This document shows, piece by piece, positions 1 through 13,029 of a stretch of 64,000 nucleotides of DNA. The stretch is from Alloascoidea hylecoeti (taxonomy: Eukaryota). Location: the NCBI GenBank assembly GCA_001600815.1, contig BCKZ01000020.1, positions 150,831-214,830 of the forward strand, given 5' to 3'. How positions within the stretch are numbered: the first letter of the stretch is position 1; each line of letters starts with the position of its first letter. A program made the translations under genes and the position numbers. Under the pieces are notes generated by a model. It saw nothing but the letters and a program-made list of their open reading frames with translations. It searched no databases and was not told the DNA's origin.

Positions 1-152
1 ACAGGAAAAACGAGGGATTATATAGTCAGCTATATAGAGATCACACCATACACATGTACTTGTAGTCTCGGTGGTGTGTATCATCATGAGACATAATTAA
101 TATTAAGAATAAGAAACCATAAGAAAGAAGAAAGTTTTACAGAATATAGAAA

Positions 153-226
153 GGTCTCTTGGCCCAGTTGGTTAAGGCACCGTGCTAATAACGCGGGGAT
201 CAGCAGTTCGATCCTGCTAGAGACCA
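153..226 (+). tRNA. tRNA-Ile (AAT)
   Basis: GGTCTCTTGGCCCAGTTGGTTAAGGCACCGTGCTAATAACGCGGGGATCAGCAGTTCGATCCTGCTAGAGACCA folds as a cloverleaf with anticodon AAT. It is near-identical to yeast tRNA-Ile(IAU), with a compensatory A-T pair in the T stem and a downstream T-run terminator. Confidence 0.97.
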
Positions 227-1228
227 CTCGAATTTTTTTAATTTGAATTTTACCTGATCCCTCCGTGCCACAGCGGTTTGTTAGGTCAGTATTAATACTT
301 ATTGAGCAGTTGACAAGAATGAGGTCGTGTGACTTTTTGGCATAAAGGGTTCATCATGGCCTCTAATAATAAACTAGGCTAGCGCTTAATTGCCAGTTAA
401 AAAGGATCTTTTGAGGTGTCAAACCCCCTGGTCCTGACCAATTCGTTTGTTTGAACTCGATTCTAGTAATGTTGTCCATTTTTTATTTATCACTCATTGG
501 ACAACAATCGTGTGATCTTGTTTCTTTTGAATTTTATATTTAAACCCCTTATTTTGACTTGATTAGTTTTATATAGTTTTTATAAGAGCTTTGGAATAGT
601 TTTATTCATTATAGTTTTATCAGTTTTATTTATTAGCTTTATATCAGTTTTTATAAGTCTTTAACAAGTTTTATCAGCTTATATTTATCATGATTTTATT
701 AAGTCTTTTATTTTATATATTTTATTGATTATTGATGATTGAATAGTTATTTTAAGAGAATTTGATTCATTATCATTATCTTTTTATCTTTATTGAAAGT
801 TATATCATTTATTTATTATCCTTATTATTAATTTAGTATATATTCTTATTTTTTAAAGCATTCTGTACTACAGTACTAGAATTGCAATTATTAAATCCGC
901 TTTAATATTTTTTTTATACTCATTACCGGTCGTGAATTGCAATTGGTGGCTTTCTCTTCCTGTAAATTAAGCTAATACACAAACTTACAACTTAATCTTG
1001 TGACTAGAAGTAAACGTGATGAACACGTTACAGGGAAATTACAATTTTAATTGCGAAGAAACTGTAAATTCACCACCTGATTCTTTTTTGGTGGCAACAG
1101 TAATTAACCCAATTCATCGTAATTAGAAAATAAGATTGCCACCATCTTAATTAAAGTTCTAAGAATAAGGGATAGAAATTGCTATAAAGCTGTAACTCAT
1201 CAACAATTTCGTTATATATTACATTCAA

Positions 1229-2002
1229 ATGGCTGAACATAAACCTACTTTAAGCAGAGAAATTATTTTAAACGGAGTCGCTGATTTAACTGAAGCTCTT
1301 ACTGGAATGGCCGAATCTTCAATAAATAACCTTGGTCTACAATTGGCAGGTATGATCCGCCAACAGATATTAAATTCAATAAAGAATCAGATGAGCCCTG
1401 GATCAAGTGCTGTAGGTGATACTACGAAACCTGCGGCTAGATCGGTGAATAAATCTGATCCAGAAAAGAAGGATCAAAAGAATCAAGAAGGTGGAATTAT
1501 ATTCCCATCAACCAGTGATTTGGAGGATTTAAAAGGTTTATTATATGATGAGTTTAAGCAAAGCTGTGGAACCCCGAGTACTAGTGTACCTCTTTTCAGC
1601 AGTGATAGTAGCATTAATGAAGGTGATGGTTTCAAGCCAGCTAATGCTTCAGAATGGCCCCCTGTAGATATCTTTGAAACTTCAAAATGCTTCAAAATTA
1701 ATGTCTCTCTCCCAGGTGCAAGTAAACAAGATATAGAGGTTGAGTATGATAAGGAAACAAATGAAATTTCAATTACTGGTGAAATAAAACCAACTGAAAA
1801 AGTGGAGAAATCAGATTTAAAACCTCTTCTTCAAGAAATTAGAATAGGAAAGTTTGAAAGAGTACTTTCATTACCAGACGATTATATCATTGATGAAAAC
1901 AAAATTGGAGCGAAGTTTAACAATGGTATTTTACAGTTATCTGTAAATAAAATAAACAAAAAGAAAGAGAAAGAAACGAAGAAGAAAATAAGCATCAATT
2001 GA
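1229..2002 (+). CDS. Small heat-shock protein (Hsp20/alpha-crystallin domain)
   Basis: 257 aa ORF. C-terminal alpha-crystallin signature: PPVDIFET...VSLPGASKQDIEVEY...ITGE...EIRIGKFERVLSLP...IGAKFNNGILQLSV, ending in an I-x-I motif (KKISIN). Confidence 0.92.
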   Translation: MAEHKPTLSREIILNGVADLTEALTGMAESSINNLGLQLAGMIRQQILNSIKNQMSPGSSAVGDTTKPAARSVNKSDPEKKDQKNQEGGIIFPSTSDLEDLKGLLYDEFKQSCGTPSTSVPLFSSDSSINEGDGFKPANASEWPPVDIFETSKCFKINVSLPGASKQDIEVEYDKETNEISITGEIKPTEKVEKSDLKPLLQEIRIGKFERVLSLPDDYIIDENKIGAKFNNGILQLSVNKINKKKEKETKKKISIN

Positions 2003-4233
2003 TTATAAATAAAAACTTTCCTTTATATCATTCATCTTATATCCAAAAGATTACTATAGCCAGAGAGCTTGTGAATATGCATACATATATTTTTTTAGTC
2101 GGATAATTAGATATAGTTCTAAACTCAAGCAAATACATCCCACATACTACATACTACATACTACATAGCCATAAAATAACGATCATTATTATAATCAGTA
2201 ACAGTAATTATAAGCCCAAGCTTAAGAATTAAGGTATAAATTTTATTTAATATTAATTTAATTCGTGGGAAAACGACTACAGGTATTTTCTGAAAGCTTA
2301 TAATGTTATAAGTTAAATACTAGTGTTTCCGATTAATTTCGGCAAGTTGATCAAAGTATTTAGATACTGTGGACAGTATGGAGACTGATTATGGTGATTT
2401 TCATTCATTTGCGATTAATATTTCTCACAAGCACCAATGATTATTCAGAAAATTAATGAAAAAATTGGTACATGTATAGTCCAAAATGTCTGTAATTTAT
2501 TGATCAGATCGAAACATCTTCTTACCAGACAAATAAAACAAAATTATTGATATTTTAATGATATTTTTAATGATAATTAATTTCTAAAAATGCCGAAATA
2601 TTAATATTTAAATTACTAATAATTTAATACTGATTTAACGGAAAGCTCAAGGGATCTACGAATTTTAAATCAATTTTTTGGTTTTTTACATTCTCACAGA
2701 AGCGCTTGTGTAATTTGCGATCCATTTCCGTTTTTATAACGATAAATAGCTCAGCAGTTACTAAAAATTTTGATCCAATTACCGAAATTAAGCAGAATAT
2801 ATAGTTGTAAATACCCCATATAATCACTAGCGCTATAACCTGTTTTTACCTGATGTGTTATAAATAACAACCTAAGGTATAGTTGCAATGATTATACATG
2901 CCTTAATATATAATTTTCCATTGTCATCTATTAATATTATGATTGGGTCATTTTCGAAAAATATACATAAGTGAGTGCTCAAGTTAATCAATGATATTCA
3001 GCGGCAATTGTAGAATATGGCATTCTTAGCAATCAACAAGTATAACACCTAAATCCATATTTATAACTTATATCAGAAACTTATTTAATAATAATTTTTG
3101 GATTTGGACTCTTGGACACTCAACAAAAGGTCGTGCGACTTTTTGGCTGATTCCAACAGGTACTTTAATAATATTTGATTCATAGAATCCAGTTGGTATA
3201 GTTAACTCTATGATTATATGAGATTCTGAATGTTAAGTTAAGCCCAACACAAATACAACGCTATCTATCTATATATCTATTACAGTGCTAGCAAAGATAC
3301 AAGTTCTACATTAATTAATCAAAATACTCTTGAATTTGAGAACAGAAATGGAAATTTGAGATACCAGTTGAAAAACTACCAGCTAACGCTGTTAATTTTT
3401 ATGCCCAATATTATAAATATTAAACTCGAAACAACACAAATTAAGATTTATAACGATTGTTAAACATTATATTTAAGTGACGATCAGACCTACATATAGA
3501 CAGCTCATTTGATTGTTAATATCGCCTATTTACAATTGTAAAAGGAAATAATGTCAGACATTACCATTGTACTATTCATAAATGTAGCTATAGTATTTAC
3601 TCCAGATTTTCAGATATCCGAATCTATAAGTTATATGGATTATGTACCAGGAATAGAGCCGGAAAATATCAAAATAATTAATAACATCTATTTTTTGTGT
3701 TAAATATCATGACGTAATCATTAGCTTACGATATAATTAAGATTTAGTTAAAGTCTACATGATCCGTTACGTTGTTCTTAGCGCATCCGATGGTTGCTAA
3801 TGATAATAACGTATTATACTTATTTGTATAATTAATAAGTTTTAACTGGTTAAAAGAATCCCGATAATAATTATAAATTAAAAATGAATGATCCATAAAC
3901 CACGGTATATTTTGTAGATATTTCCTTATATTGATGACAATTTTATGTGTGTAAAATGATATTTTTTAAAATTTCAAAAACACTTACCCGTCAATTATTA
4001 ACAAGGTACAATTTATATTTTTAATTTAAATTAAACTTTTTGAAAAATAATACATTAATATTAGTCTTTTATTTCTAATTGCACATAGTCATCTTTTTTT
4101 TCTTCTCTTTCCTTTCCTTTTTTTTGCTTTTCTTCCGCTTCATTTATATTCATTATCCTTCTCCTGAAAAAATCCTTTTTCTTATAAGTATCAGCATATC
4201 TTGTTAAATTTTATTAAAGAAAAGACGTCATTT

Positions 4234-5857
4234 ATGATGAGTACACAAGTTCAACTCTTCGTAAGTATTGCCCCTTATAAAAATAAACTTTGTTCCCTCG
4301 ACTTCGTTAATTTTTATATTATATATTTCTTAATATATGCTAACTAAACGAATCTATTAGAGCGCGAGATTAAGCCTTATTTCTATTCCATCATCAGCAT
4401 ATTCTATATTCATCCATGGTATATTAAGCTTGGTATTAAGTAGTTACAAATATAATGAAAAGTATAACCGACTTAAAAGGGAAGCTTCAAATGATCAGGA
4501 TAATGAACATGACAATAGTGAAAATAGTAGTAATGGAAGCGGTAGGTTATCGCCTATTGTACCAGACAATACATTCACAAGTAGTAGTACAAATGATAAC
4601 AAAAGTCATTCAAATTCAAATTCAACTTTACATAATTTTGCAGATGATGACTCAAGATCCGATGATTTTACAGATATAGAAGAAGATTTCATTCACATAT
4701 CAATTACCCCATTAGAATGTTCAATCACATTACCAACATATTTAATACCTATTGTATTTCCAAATGATATATTAAATAAAATAGGTAAATCAATCGGAGT
4801 TGAAATAATAAATGATGAATTTTTATCATTACAAATTAATGGTGATGGATTAGATGGTGGTAAAAGAGTTTTAGAATTAACATCACCATTATCAAATGAA
4901 AAAATTTCAATTTTTTTTATAACTACATACTTTTGTGATTATGTTTTAATACCTGTTAAAGAAAAACAAAAAGTTATTAAAGCTTTAGAAAATCAATCAT
5001 TTATATTTTCAAATTCAGATTTTTCAAATAATTATATTGGAATTCAAAATAAAACAGATAATAATAGATATCGTCATCATCATCACCATCATCACCATCA
5101 TCACCGGAAATCTCAACAATATGGAATAAGAGATACCAAAACATCTAATTTAACAAAAGAATTAAATGGATTAAGTATAGGTAGTGATTTGGTTAATCAT
5201 ACCTCAATATTAGATCCAAAATTAGAATTAACGACATTTGATTTATTTTCAAAAAATGATATTAAACCAATAGTTGAAGATAAAGTTGAATTAGTTTTAA
5301 CAGGTGCAAGATCACTTTATATGTCAAACAATGGGAATGAAGATTGTCTTCAATTAGCATTGGTTAAAATTTTATTACAACATCCTAATTTTTTTTCAGT
5401 AACAATAATTAATGATTCAAGTGAAGTTTCTTTATTACTTGAAAAGAAATATATTGATTGTGGGGATTCCTCTGACGATGGATATAATAATTATAATTAT
5501 AATTATCCGGAAGAACTTGATGCATCTCATAATCATTTAAACAATTTGACAAGATCACCCTCACCATTTTTCACATCACCACCAATTTCAATAAATAAAG
5601 ATTTATTAATGGGATCATTAACAGATACAATTATCCCAATATGGTTTGATTTAAGTGAATTACCTATTGATTGTACGGGGGTGGTAGCAGGAGTTGCCAA
5701 TCGGTTAGTTGGGAATTCCAAGGGTAAGACACCAAGCGGGAGGAGGTTTGGATCACATTTGGTGCATATGAGCTATTTATCAACAGTTAAAAGTGGTGTG
5801 GTTATGATTGAAAGAGAAAACATAGATGCAGCGTTAAGCGCTCTTGCTATTGAATAG
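4234..5857 (+). CDS. CASTOR/GATS-like ACT-domain protein; join(4234..4260,4361..5857)
   Basis: ATG at 4234, intron GTAAGT...GCTAAC...TAG (4261-4360) in phase 0. ACT-like motifs FIHISITPLECSI, LTSPLSNEKISIFFITTYFCDYVLIP and LPIDCTGVVAGVA. Contains a poly-His tract. Confidence 0.8.
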
Positions 5858-6280
5858 ATGTAAATATTGTTGAGAAAGATATTCATATTTATATTTATTC
5901 CGTATACGGTTACGACCGGCAGCAGCCATGACCGTGTTAGGTAATCCTGCACCTAAACAGGGGTGTGCATGAAAAACAGTGCGGGCTAAGCATATGCCTC
6001 ATTGATTATAATTAGCTAAATGTACAGTTCCGTGCGCCATTGCAGACCTTAAAAGCTTAAATAGCAGCCGCCTTCTTCATGCACAAAACACGATTTCGAT
6101 TTGCTTTTCTGCTTTTCTGCTTTTCTGCTTCTGTGAAATTTTATCCAAAATTCTGTCGTTTTATTATTTTTTCTTTGTTTTGTACTCTTTCGCGCCGTAC
6201 GCGTGCTTTCTTCTGCCTAATCTCTGTCTTTATATCGATCATACTCACTTGTACTTCAACTCTTAGCTTTTTCTTGAATT

Positions 6281-7537
6281 ATGCCCATCACGACTTTCAC
6301 AACCCTTCCGCCTTTCTTGGCTGACCCGGAGTCGCCCAGTGTCAAATCTACAAGGAGTTTTGACAGCCCGTTTCCACCTTTAAACCCGTCCGCGAGAACC
6401 AGAGGCGTATACGAACGTGCCGGCTTCGAAGTCAATAGAGGCGGCCACAGAAGCAGAAGACCCACAAGGAAGGATCAGGATCTCCAATCACAGTTCCATG
6501 ATTCGGATTCCTCAGCCCCTCCAACTCCGATTGATGGTCCTCTAGTTTCGGGTATCAAATATAACCCTACTTACAAAAGTTCACCGCGTTCTCCCCAATT
6601 GCCGTCTTTTACCGAGCCATTTGCTCCACTCACACCTTCTACACCTTCTACACCTTCCTCTCCTGCTATATCTATATCCAGAAATGATTTCACGCATCCT
6701 GGTGTTTCCAGTGGTTTACGATTTGCTACAAATGCTTCTCCATCTTCATCTTCTTTGGTAGATTATAGTCAACCAAGACCTGGTGGACCGGTCCCTACAA
6801 CAAATTTAGGTCTACATATTGATACGAGCTTAGCTAACAAAAATCCTCCAACTCAATACGAAAAAGTTGATATTAAAGATTTGGATTCTCAACAATTTAC
6901 TCCAAGTACATTAACCGCTCCTTTAACATCTTTAACAGAAACCCCCAAAAGTGCAACAAATCAAAATTTTAAAAAGGGCTCAAAGTCAAAATTCTCTTTT
7001 AAATTTTCCCTAGGAAAAAAACGCGAGTCTAAGACATCCTCTTCACAAATTGAGACCACTAATAAACGAAATATGGAAGGAACAGACTTGAAACAACAAT
7101 CATTTGCTCAGTCTGTTCCTGAAGTTACCCAACAACCTCAAAACCAACTCCAAGAAGGTTCAAAAGATGTATGGCTGGGTCATGATGATAATATCGATTA
7201 TAAACCTCCTCAAATACAAAAAGAACCAACATTATCTCCAATTTCAAGTACATCTGAAGATATAAATATAATTTCAAATCAAATCAACGATTTAAATCTA
7301 ACTACTTTAGAAACCTACAATCCAAGAGACCTAGATCTAGATCTAGATCTAGATCATGAAGAAGATTTTAAATTTAAGCCTGAACTTAATGAAGATGATT
7401 CAATTGGTCCTTTACATCTCAAAAAAGAATTGCATTCTTCAAATAAAAGAATGTCAATTTTATCAGATGCATCATCTGTTTATTCAAATTCACGTACAAA
7501 TTCTCCAACTTCAAATTTAAATACAACAACTAATGAT

Positions 7538-7598
<61 letters not shown>

Positions 7599-8449
7599 GT
7601 AATAATAATCAAATGTTTGGAATATTTGAATCTCAAAATAATAATGATTGTACAAATTTAAATCATCTTAAAAAAATAACAAGTCCTCAATCATCATCAT
7701 CATCAGATTCAAAAAGTGATATTGATGCTGATGATTCAGAAATAACTGATTATGAAACTTCAAGACATAATTCAGCAAAATCTCAATTTTCTCAACATTC
7801 TCCACAAGATTTAAATAAAAATTTACCATCAATAAATGAAAAATCAGAGAAACTTGATGAAAATAAAAAATTAACAAAACATGTCAGAATTGATGAAGAA
7901 GGTATATGTCGTGGTTGTGGTAAACCAATTAATGGTAAAAGTGTTTGGTCCCGTGATGGAACAATGACAGGAAAATGGCATAGAAAATGTTTTTGTTGTA
8001 CTTTTGAAAATTGTAATCATCATTTCCCACCAAAAGCTGAATTTTATATTTTTGAAAATTTACCTTATTGTCAATATCATTATCATGTTTTAAATAATTC
8101 AATTTGTACAATTTGTGATTTACCAATTGAAGGAACATGTTTAGAAAATGGACAAAATGAAAGATTTCATATAAATTGTCTTAAATGTAATAGATGTGGT
8201 GAAAAAGTTGATGGTGATTATTATGTTTTAGAAGGTGAAGTATTATGTGAAATGCATGGATTAAAAGAAATTGAATTGGAAAAGAGCAGGCTCTTTGAAA
8301 TGAATAATAATTTAACTGAAGATGAAAAGAAATTTGCTATTGATAATGGTTATGATAGTTTAAGTGCTGATACAAGTTTTGCTGAAATGAGTAATAATAG
8401 AATGAGTAAAGTTGAAAGAAGAAAAACGAGAGTTTTATTCATGTCTTAA
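6281..8449 (+). CDS. Paxillin-like LIM-domain protein (Pxl1-like)
   Basis: 722 aa. Low-complexity Ser/Pro/Asn N-terminus, C-terminal tandem LIM domains (CRGC...WHRKCFCC...YCQYH; CTIC...FHINCLKC...LCEMH) and a fungal ERRxTR tail. Confidence 0.85.
7540..7609 (+). repeat. (AAT)n microsatellite encoding poly-Asn in the LIM gene
   Basis: About 23 AAT units with one AGT interruption. Confidence 0.95.
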
Positions 8450-8531
8450 CTTTTCACCTTTCATTTTCATGTTCATTGTTTGCAATTACTATCATTAAAA
8501 AGTTTCCTTTTCCTACTTTTTGGGGGGTCTC

Positions 8532-8535
<4 letters not shown>

Positions 8536-8562
<27 letters not shown>
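8536..8562 (+). repeat. Poly-T homopolymer (27 nt) downstream of the LIM gene
   Basis: Directly visible. Confidence 0.9.
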
Positions 8563-9282
8563 GGACTACTTATTGACACTAAATTATTATTGTAATTACT
8601 TTTAAATTTGAATTAATTGTTTTTTTTTATTTGTTTGTTACTCTTTTTAGACCTATTATTTTGTTATAGATATCGATATTTTTGATGATTTTATCGAATA
8701 TCTTAATGTAACCTTAGTCACACACATACTTTTAAGTGAACGTCCGAAATACATATACTTTTTCTCTATGAACATTTTAAATTTATATTTTTTCAAATGC
8801 TTATGTTTTATTATTATTAATATAAAACTAAAGAAACTTTAGTTTCATGATAACTCTTTTGATATACAATTTATAAATGGATGATTAAAACAATTATTGC
8901 TGAAATTACTGTACACGGTTTAACCTAAACGTGTAGAAAAACAAACATCATCTCCATGACAAGTAACCTTAATTAAGCAACAAGCACAGTACACTGGTGC
9001 ACCGTTGGAAATAAGGCAATTGCGTTTAATAAATATAATTGAATATTTAATGAATGATATAGCCGGAGGTACATCGTACGTGTATAATATTATTGTTTTG
9101 TGTGAAGTTGTGAACCTATACCTATAAGGCTATACTTACACATTTTTTTTGGCCTGTAATATAAATAAATGCAAATGTAATGATACTATTTAAAAATTTA
9201 AAAAATAAATGCTGTAATAAATATAAATTTATAAGATATATGACATGGCCACCCGTTTAATCTATTTAACCCATACTCTAAT

Positions 9283-10167
9283 CTATACTTCAAATTCATC
9301 ATCTGATTCAGAATTAAATAATTCATGATCACTAAAATTTTCTCCACCTTCAACTTCTTCATATCTTTGTCCTTCTATTTCACTTAAACTTTTTTGATAT
9401 TTCTTATAAATTATCCATGCCGTTGCTGTCATAAATCCACCAGCTAGTAAAATCGATAATACATCTAAAAATTTTGATAAACCATCTTTTTTATTATCTC
9501 CTAATTCCATAAATCTAGCACCGATGAAAATATGTATGAATAACCTTGATGTACCAACGGCAGTTGCAATGACGAAATAATTCAAAGGAATTGATTCAAT
9601 TGATGCCATTGCTCCATTACTTAAAGAATAAGGTAACGGACAAAATCTTAACATTATAAGTAATCCTAAAGAATGTCTATCATTTTTATCGAATGCTGTA
9701 TTTAAACCATGAAATAATGAATCGTATTTCGATGCTAACCTATTTCCATAATTACTGAAATACATCCTTATGAACATAAAAGAGGCTGTACAACCACATA
9801 CCGTTGAGAATGCCAGTATAGGCCATCCACCTGGAAAACCATAAATCATTCCACATAGATTACCAAGAGTTGTGTATCCTATCACAGGGGGAAATGAACA
9901 AATGAAAATCAATGTGAACATTAGTATAACACCCCAAATTCCAAGTTGCTGCCATTTTAAAGCGAAAATAAAGAAAAAATTGAAAATACTTTTACTGAAT
10001 ATTAGAAATAAAAGGCCGAGAACTCCTCCAGTAACAATAAGAGCAACCGTTAGAGCCTGTTGTAGAAAACTTAGATTTTGGAAATAATGGATTGCTTGTC
10101 GAGCAAACTCTTTTATCTTTGAAACGGCGGTATCTAGTGTGTCATTCAGCTGGGAGAATTGTGGCAT
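9283..10167 (-). CDS. TVP38: Golgi SNARE-associated membrane protein Tvp38 (VTT/DedA family)
   Basis: 294 aa multi-pass membrane protein with SFPPVIGY...GMIYGFPGGW and LRFCPLPYSLSNGAM motifs. Confidence 0.9.
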   Translation of the reverse strand: MPQFSQLNDTLDTAVSKIKEFARQAIHYFQNLSFLQQALTVALIVTGGVLGLLFLIFSKSIFNFFFIFALKWQQLGIWGVILMFTLIFICSFPPVIGYTTLGNLCGMIYGFPGGWPILAFSTVCGCTASFMFIRMYFSNYGNRLASKYDSLFHGLNTAFDKNDRHSLGLLIMLRFCPLPYSLSNGAMASIESIPLNYFVIATAVGTSRLFIHIFIGARFMELGDNKKDGLSKFLDVLSILLAGGFMTATAWIIYKKYQKSLSEIEGQRYEEVEGGENFSDHELFNSESDDEFEV

Positions 10168-10620
10168 TTTATTAATTATGAGCTACGTACTGTCGAAAGG
10201 TAGGATCTTTGGGTTTATCCTCAATGTTGGGTGCACCCATTCACCCATGCATATTACCAAAGCATCAAAACAGCAATATTTACTGTTCAGGCGAATATTT
10301 AATCACACAAGTTTTTCAAGTCTCACGATGATGAAGTAATGTCGTAGTTGTAATTGCTAATATTGAAGTCGAAATCGTCAACATAATTATCATTTAGCTC
10401 CCAACCGTCACGATGCATAATTTATACTGGCTTGCTTGCAGAGATGACGTAAATACAAGAGCTGCAATTGCCCGATAGGAATATATTGTAGAGAAAATAT
10501 AAAAACAAGTTAGCTTCCCAATTAATATTCTTTCTTTGTTTACTATATATTATTAATATTCTTGTCAATTCACAATTTTTTAGCTACCCATCTTCGTTTT
10601 ATTATTATATTTATTCCAAA

Positions 10621-11466
10621 ATGACAAACCCTGAAACCTTAGCTACTGGTCTAGGACCTTTACCTCGACCGAATCCATCCATTGTTGAAAGTGCTCCAAG
10701 TATTTTAGACTTATTTTCTTTAAAGGGCAAGGTTGCCTCTGTCACTGGTTCTTCTTCAGGTATTGGTCTAGCGGTTGCTGAAGCTTTTGCACAAGCTGGT
10801 GCCGATGTTGCTATCTGGTATAACAGTCACCCTGCAGATGATAAGGCAAAAGAAATTTCTGAAAAATATGGTGTTAGAGCAAAAGCCTATAAATGTCAAC
10901 TTACAAATGCTAAGAGTGTTGAAACCACTATTACATCTATAAAAGAAGATTTTGGTAAAATTGATGTTTTTGTTGCCAATGCTGGTGTTCCATGGACCGC
11001 TGGTGCTTTAATCGACACAGAAGACGATAGTGAATGGAATAAAGTAGTCGATATAGATTTAAATGCCGTTTACTACACAGCCAAATATATTGGAAGAATT
11101 TTTAGGGAGCAAGGAAGTGGTTCATTCATTATGACCGCTTCAATGTCTGGTCATATTGTTAATATTCCACAGTTACAGGCATCTTATAATGCCGTTAAGG
11201 CCGCTATCATTCACTTCGCTAGATCGTTGGCTGTCGAATGGGCAGCGTTTGCTAGAGTTAATACTGTTTCACCAGGTTATATCGCCACTGAAATTAGTGA
11301 TTTTGTTCCACACGAAACAAAGCAAAAATGGTGGCAATTGATTCCATTAGGAAGAGAGGCATTACCACGAGAACTTGTTGGTGCTTATCTCTATTTGGCA
11401 AGTAATGCTTCAACCTATACCACAGGTACTGATATTCTGGTGGATGGTGGCTACGCAACTACCTAA
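10621..11466 (+). CDS. SOU1: NADP-dependent sorbose reductase / mannitol dehydrogenase (SDR family)
   Basis: 281 aa. TGSSSGIG Rossmann motif, [27 protein letters not shown] (YxxxK) and [11 protein letters not shown], typical of Sou1/Sou2. Confidence 0.85.
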   Translation: MTNPETLATGLGPLPRPNPSIVESAPSILDLFSLKGKVASVTGSSSGIGLAVAEAFAQAGADVAIWYNSHPADDKAKEISEKYGVRAKAYKCQLTNAKSVETTITSIKEDFGKIDVFVANAGVPWTAGALIDTEDDSEWNKVVDIDLNAVYYTAKYIGRIFREQGSGSFIMTASMSGHIVNIPQLQASYNAVKAAIIHFARSLAVEWAAFARVNTVSPGYIATEISDFVPHETKQKWWQLIPLGREALPRELVGAYLYLASNASTYTTGTDILVDGGYATT

Positions 11467-13029
11467 ATGATTAATTTTCAACAAAAATAATCATCATTAA
11501 TTTAAGTAGATAGAGGGAACTAGTTGTTCCGTAATTTTGTACGTAATAAATATTTGAAACTAAAGAAAACTTGTAACAACATCTCATACATAATAGTGCT
11601 GACACTTGTTTGTGTATAACAGATGTATAATCGATATTAGCTTTAGGTGATTAAATTAATGCATCTTAAATATCAATCTAGCCATAGATTACCGGTAAAC
11701 GAATTTTAACTTTGTAGGAAAGGAAAGGTTCAGATACAGAATATTAGGATTTTTTGATTATTCTCGGCTCAATCTGCTGCATGCACCACTTTTCATTTAC
11801 CACCTTTCGGGATAGAATTATGGAGTAAAAATTTGGGTTTATGTATTGATCTACCAATGTATTTCTGAAGCTGATACATCTTCTTTTCTCTGTTATAGTT
11901 AGTTTTATGAGGGTTGATCTATCTTTTCGGATCATTTTTTGCACACCTTCTCAACTGTCTTCATATCCGGATGGTACATGCACAGACCATCAATTGAATT
12001 CTCTCTTCAAACCCCGGAAATATGATAATGCATGTATTAGTTTTTTGAAATAGAGTGTATTATAGCATGAGGACTATGGTCTTTGAAAATTCCGACAAGG
12101 TGTAGGTCCTTTTTTGCATTGTATCTGGGCACTGTTAGGGTGTTATTTTGCAATATCTCCCAACAGAAAACCACGATTAGGAAATGTCGAAGATAACCAA
12201 ATTCTTTCTGTACCTACTACCTAGTTATATGGGTATAGAGTTCCGGATCTCGGAATATATACCATGGGCTTTTATTAACTTTTAAATCTAATTGACTTGA
12301 TTTATTAAAAACTACCGTATATTTAGGTCTTTACCGGTATATATTCTAAACATAGATATAGGGATCTGTTGTGAACCATTTGCTTGCTTTCAACTCGTCA
12401 GACCTCTTGTCCAATTTAAATCAACCTGAATCTCTTTAGTCAGCTTATGCATAACTTGAGCAATACACTAGTTTCATAAAGAGTAGTCCTGTAGATGAGC
12501 CTACACTTTCATCTCATACATGTGTTTCGAATTCGCTTATGAGGAATTTGATTATTTAGGATATTATTCTTTAGTAGGATGTATGACATATTGATAGCAT
12601 CTACGCAGACAGGAAGATGTACGCCAATATGAACTATTATGAAGAAAGAGTAATGAAATATTTAAAGGCATAAGGAGATCTAGAAGGATAACAATAATCA
12701 TATATGCATATGTACGCATTCATATGCTAATTTAAAACCCAATTAGGATTATATGCAGATATATCGAACAAAATGTCGAACCCATATAACTTGTCGGGTG
12801 ACTTCTATTAAATGGAGACAGATAGCTGATAGCCGATAAGTTTTATTAAAAGGAAAAATCTACTCTTCATATAGCCTGCTATTCTAGTATAGCAATTTTA
12901 GTATAGCAATTCTAATGTATTATACCATTCTGTATGTTGCATTGTTTGTCCTGACTATTTTTCGTTATAATCATGCATCTATCAAACTTGGTAGTTGTGA
13001 AGTATTATATCTTTTGGGTTTTGAGACTT

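Noticed and set aside
2265..2560. Minus-strand frame containing FINFLNNHWCL, reminiscent of a Ulp1/C48 protease motif
   Set aside because: About 7 stops in 90 codons, as expected by chance, and no other catalytic motifs.
10445..10452. CRE-like TGACGTAA upstream of both SDR polyol dehydrogenases (also 46504-46511)
   Set aside because: The 8-mer also occurs at about 3710 and 17976, and a few copies are expected by chance in 64 kb.
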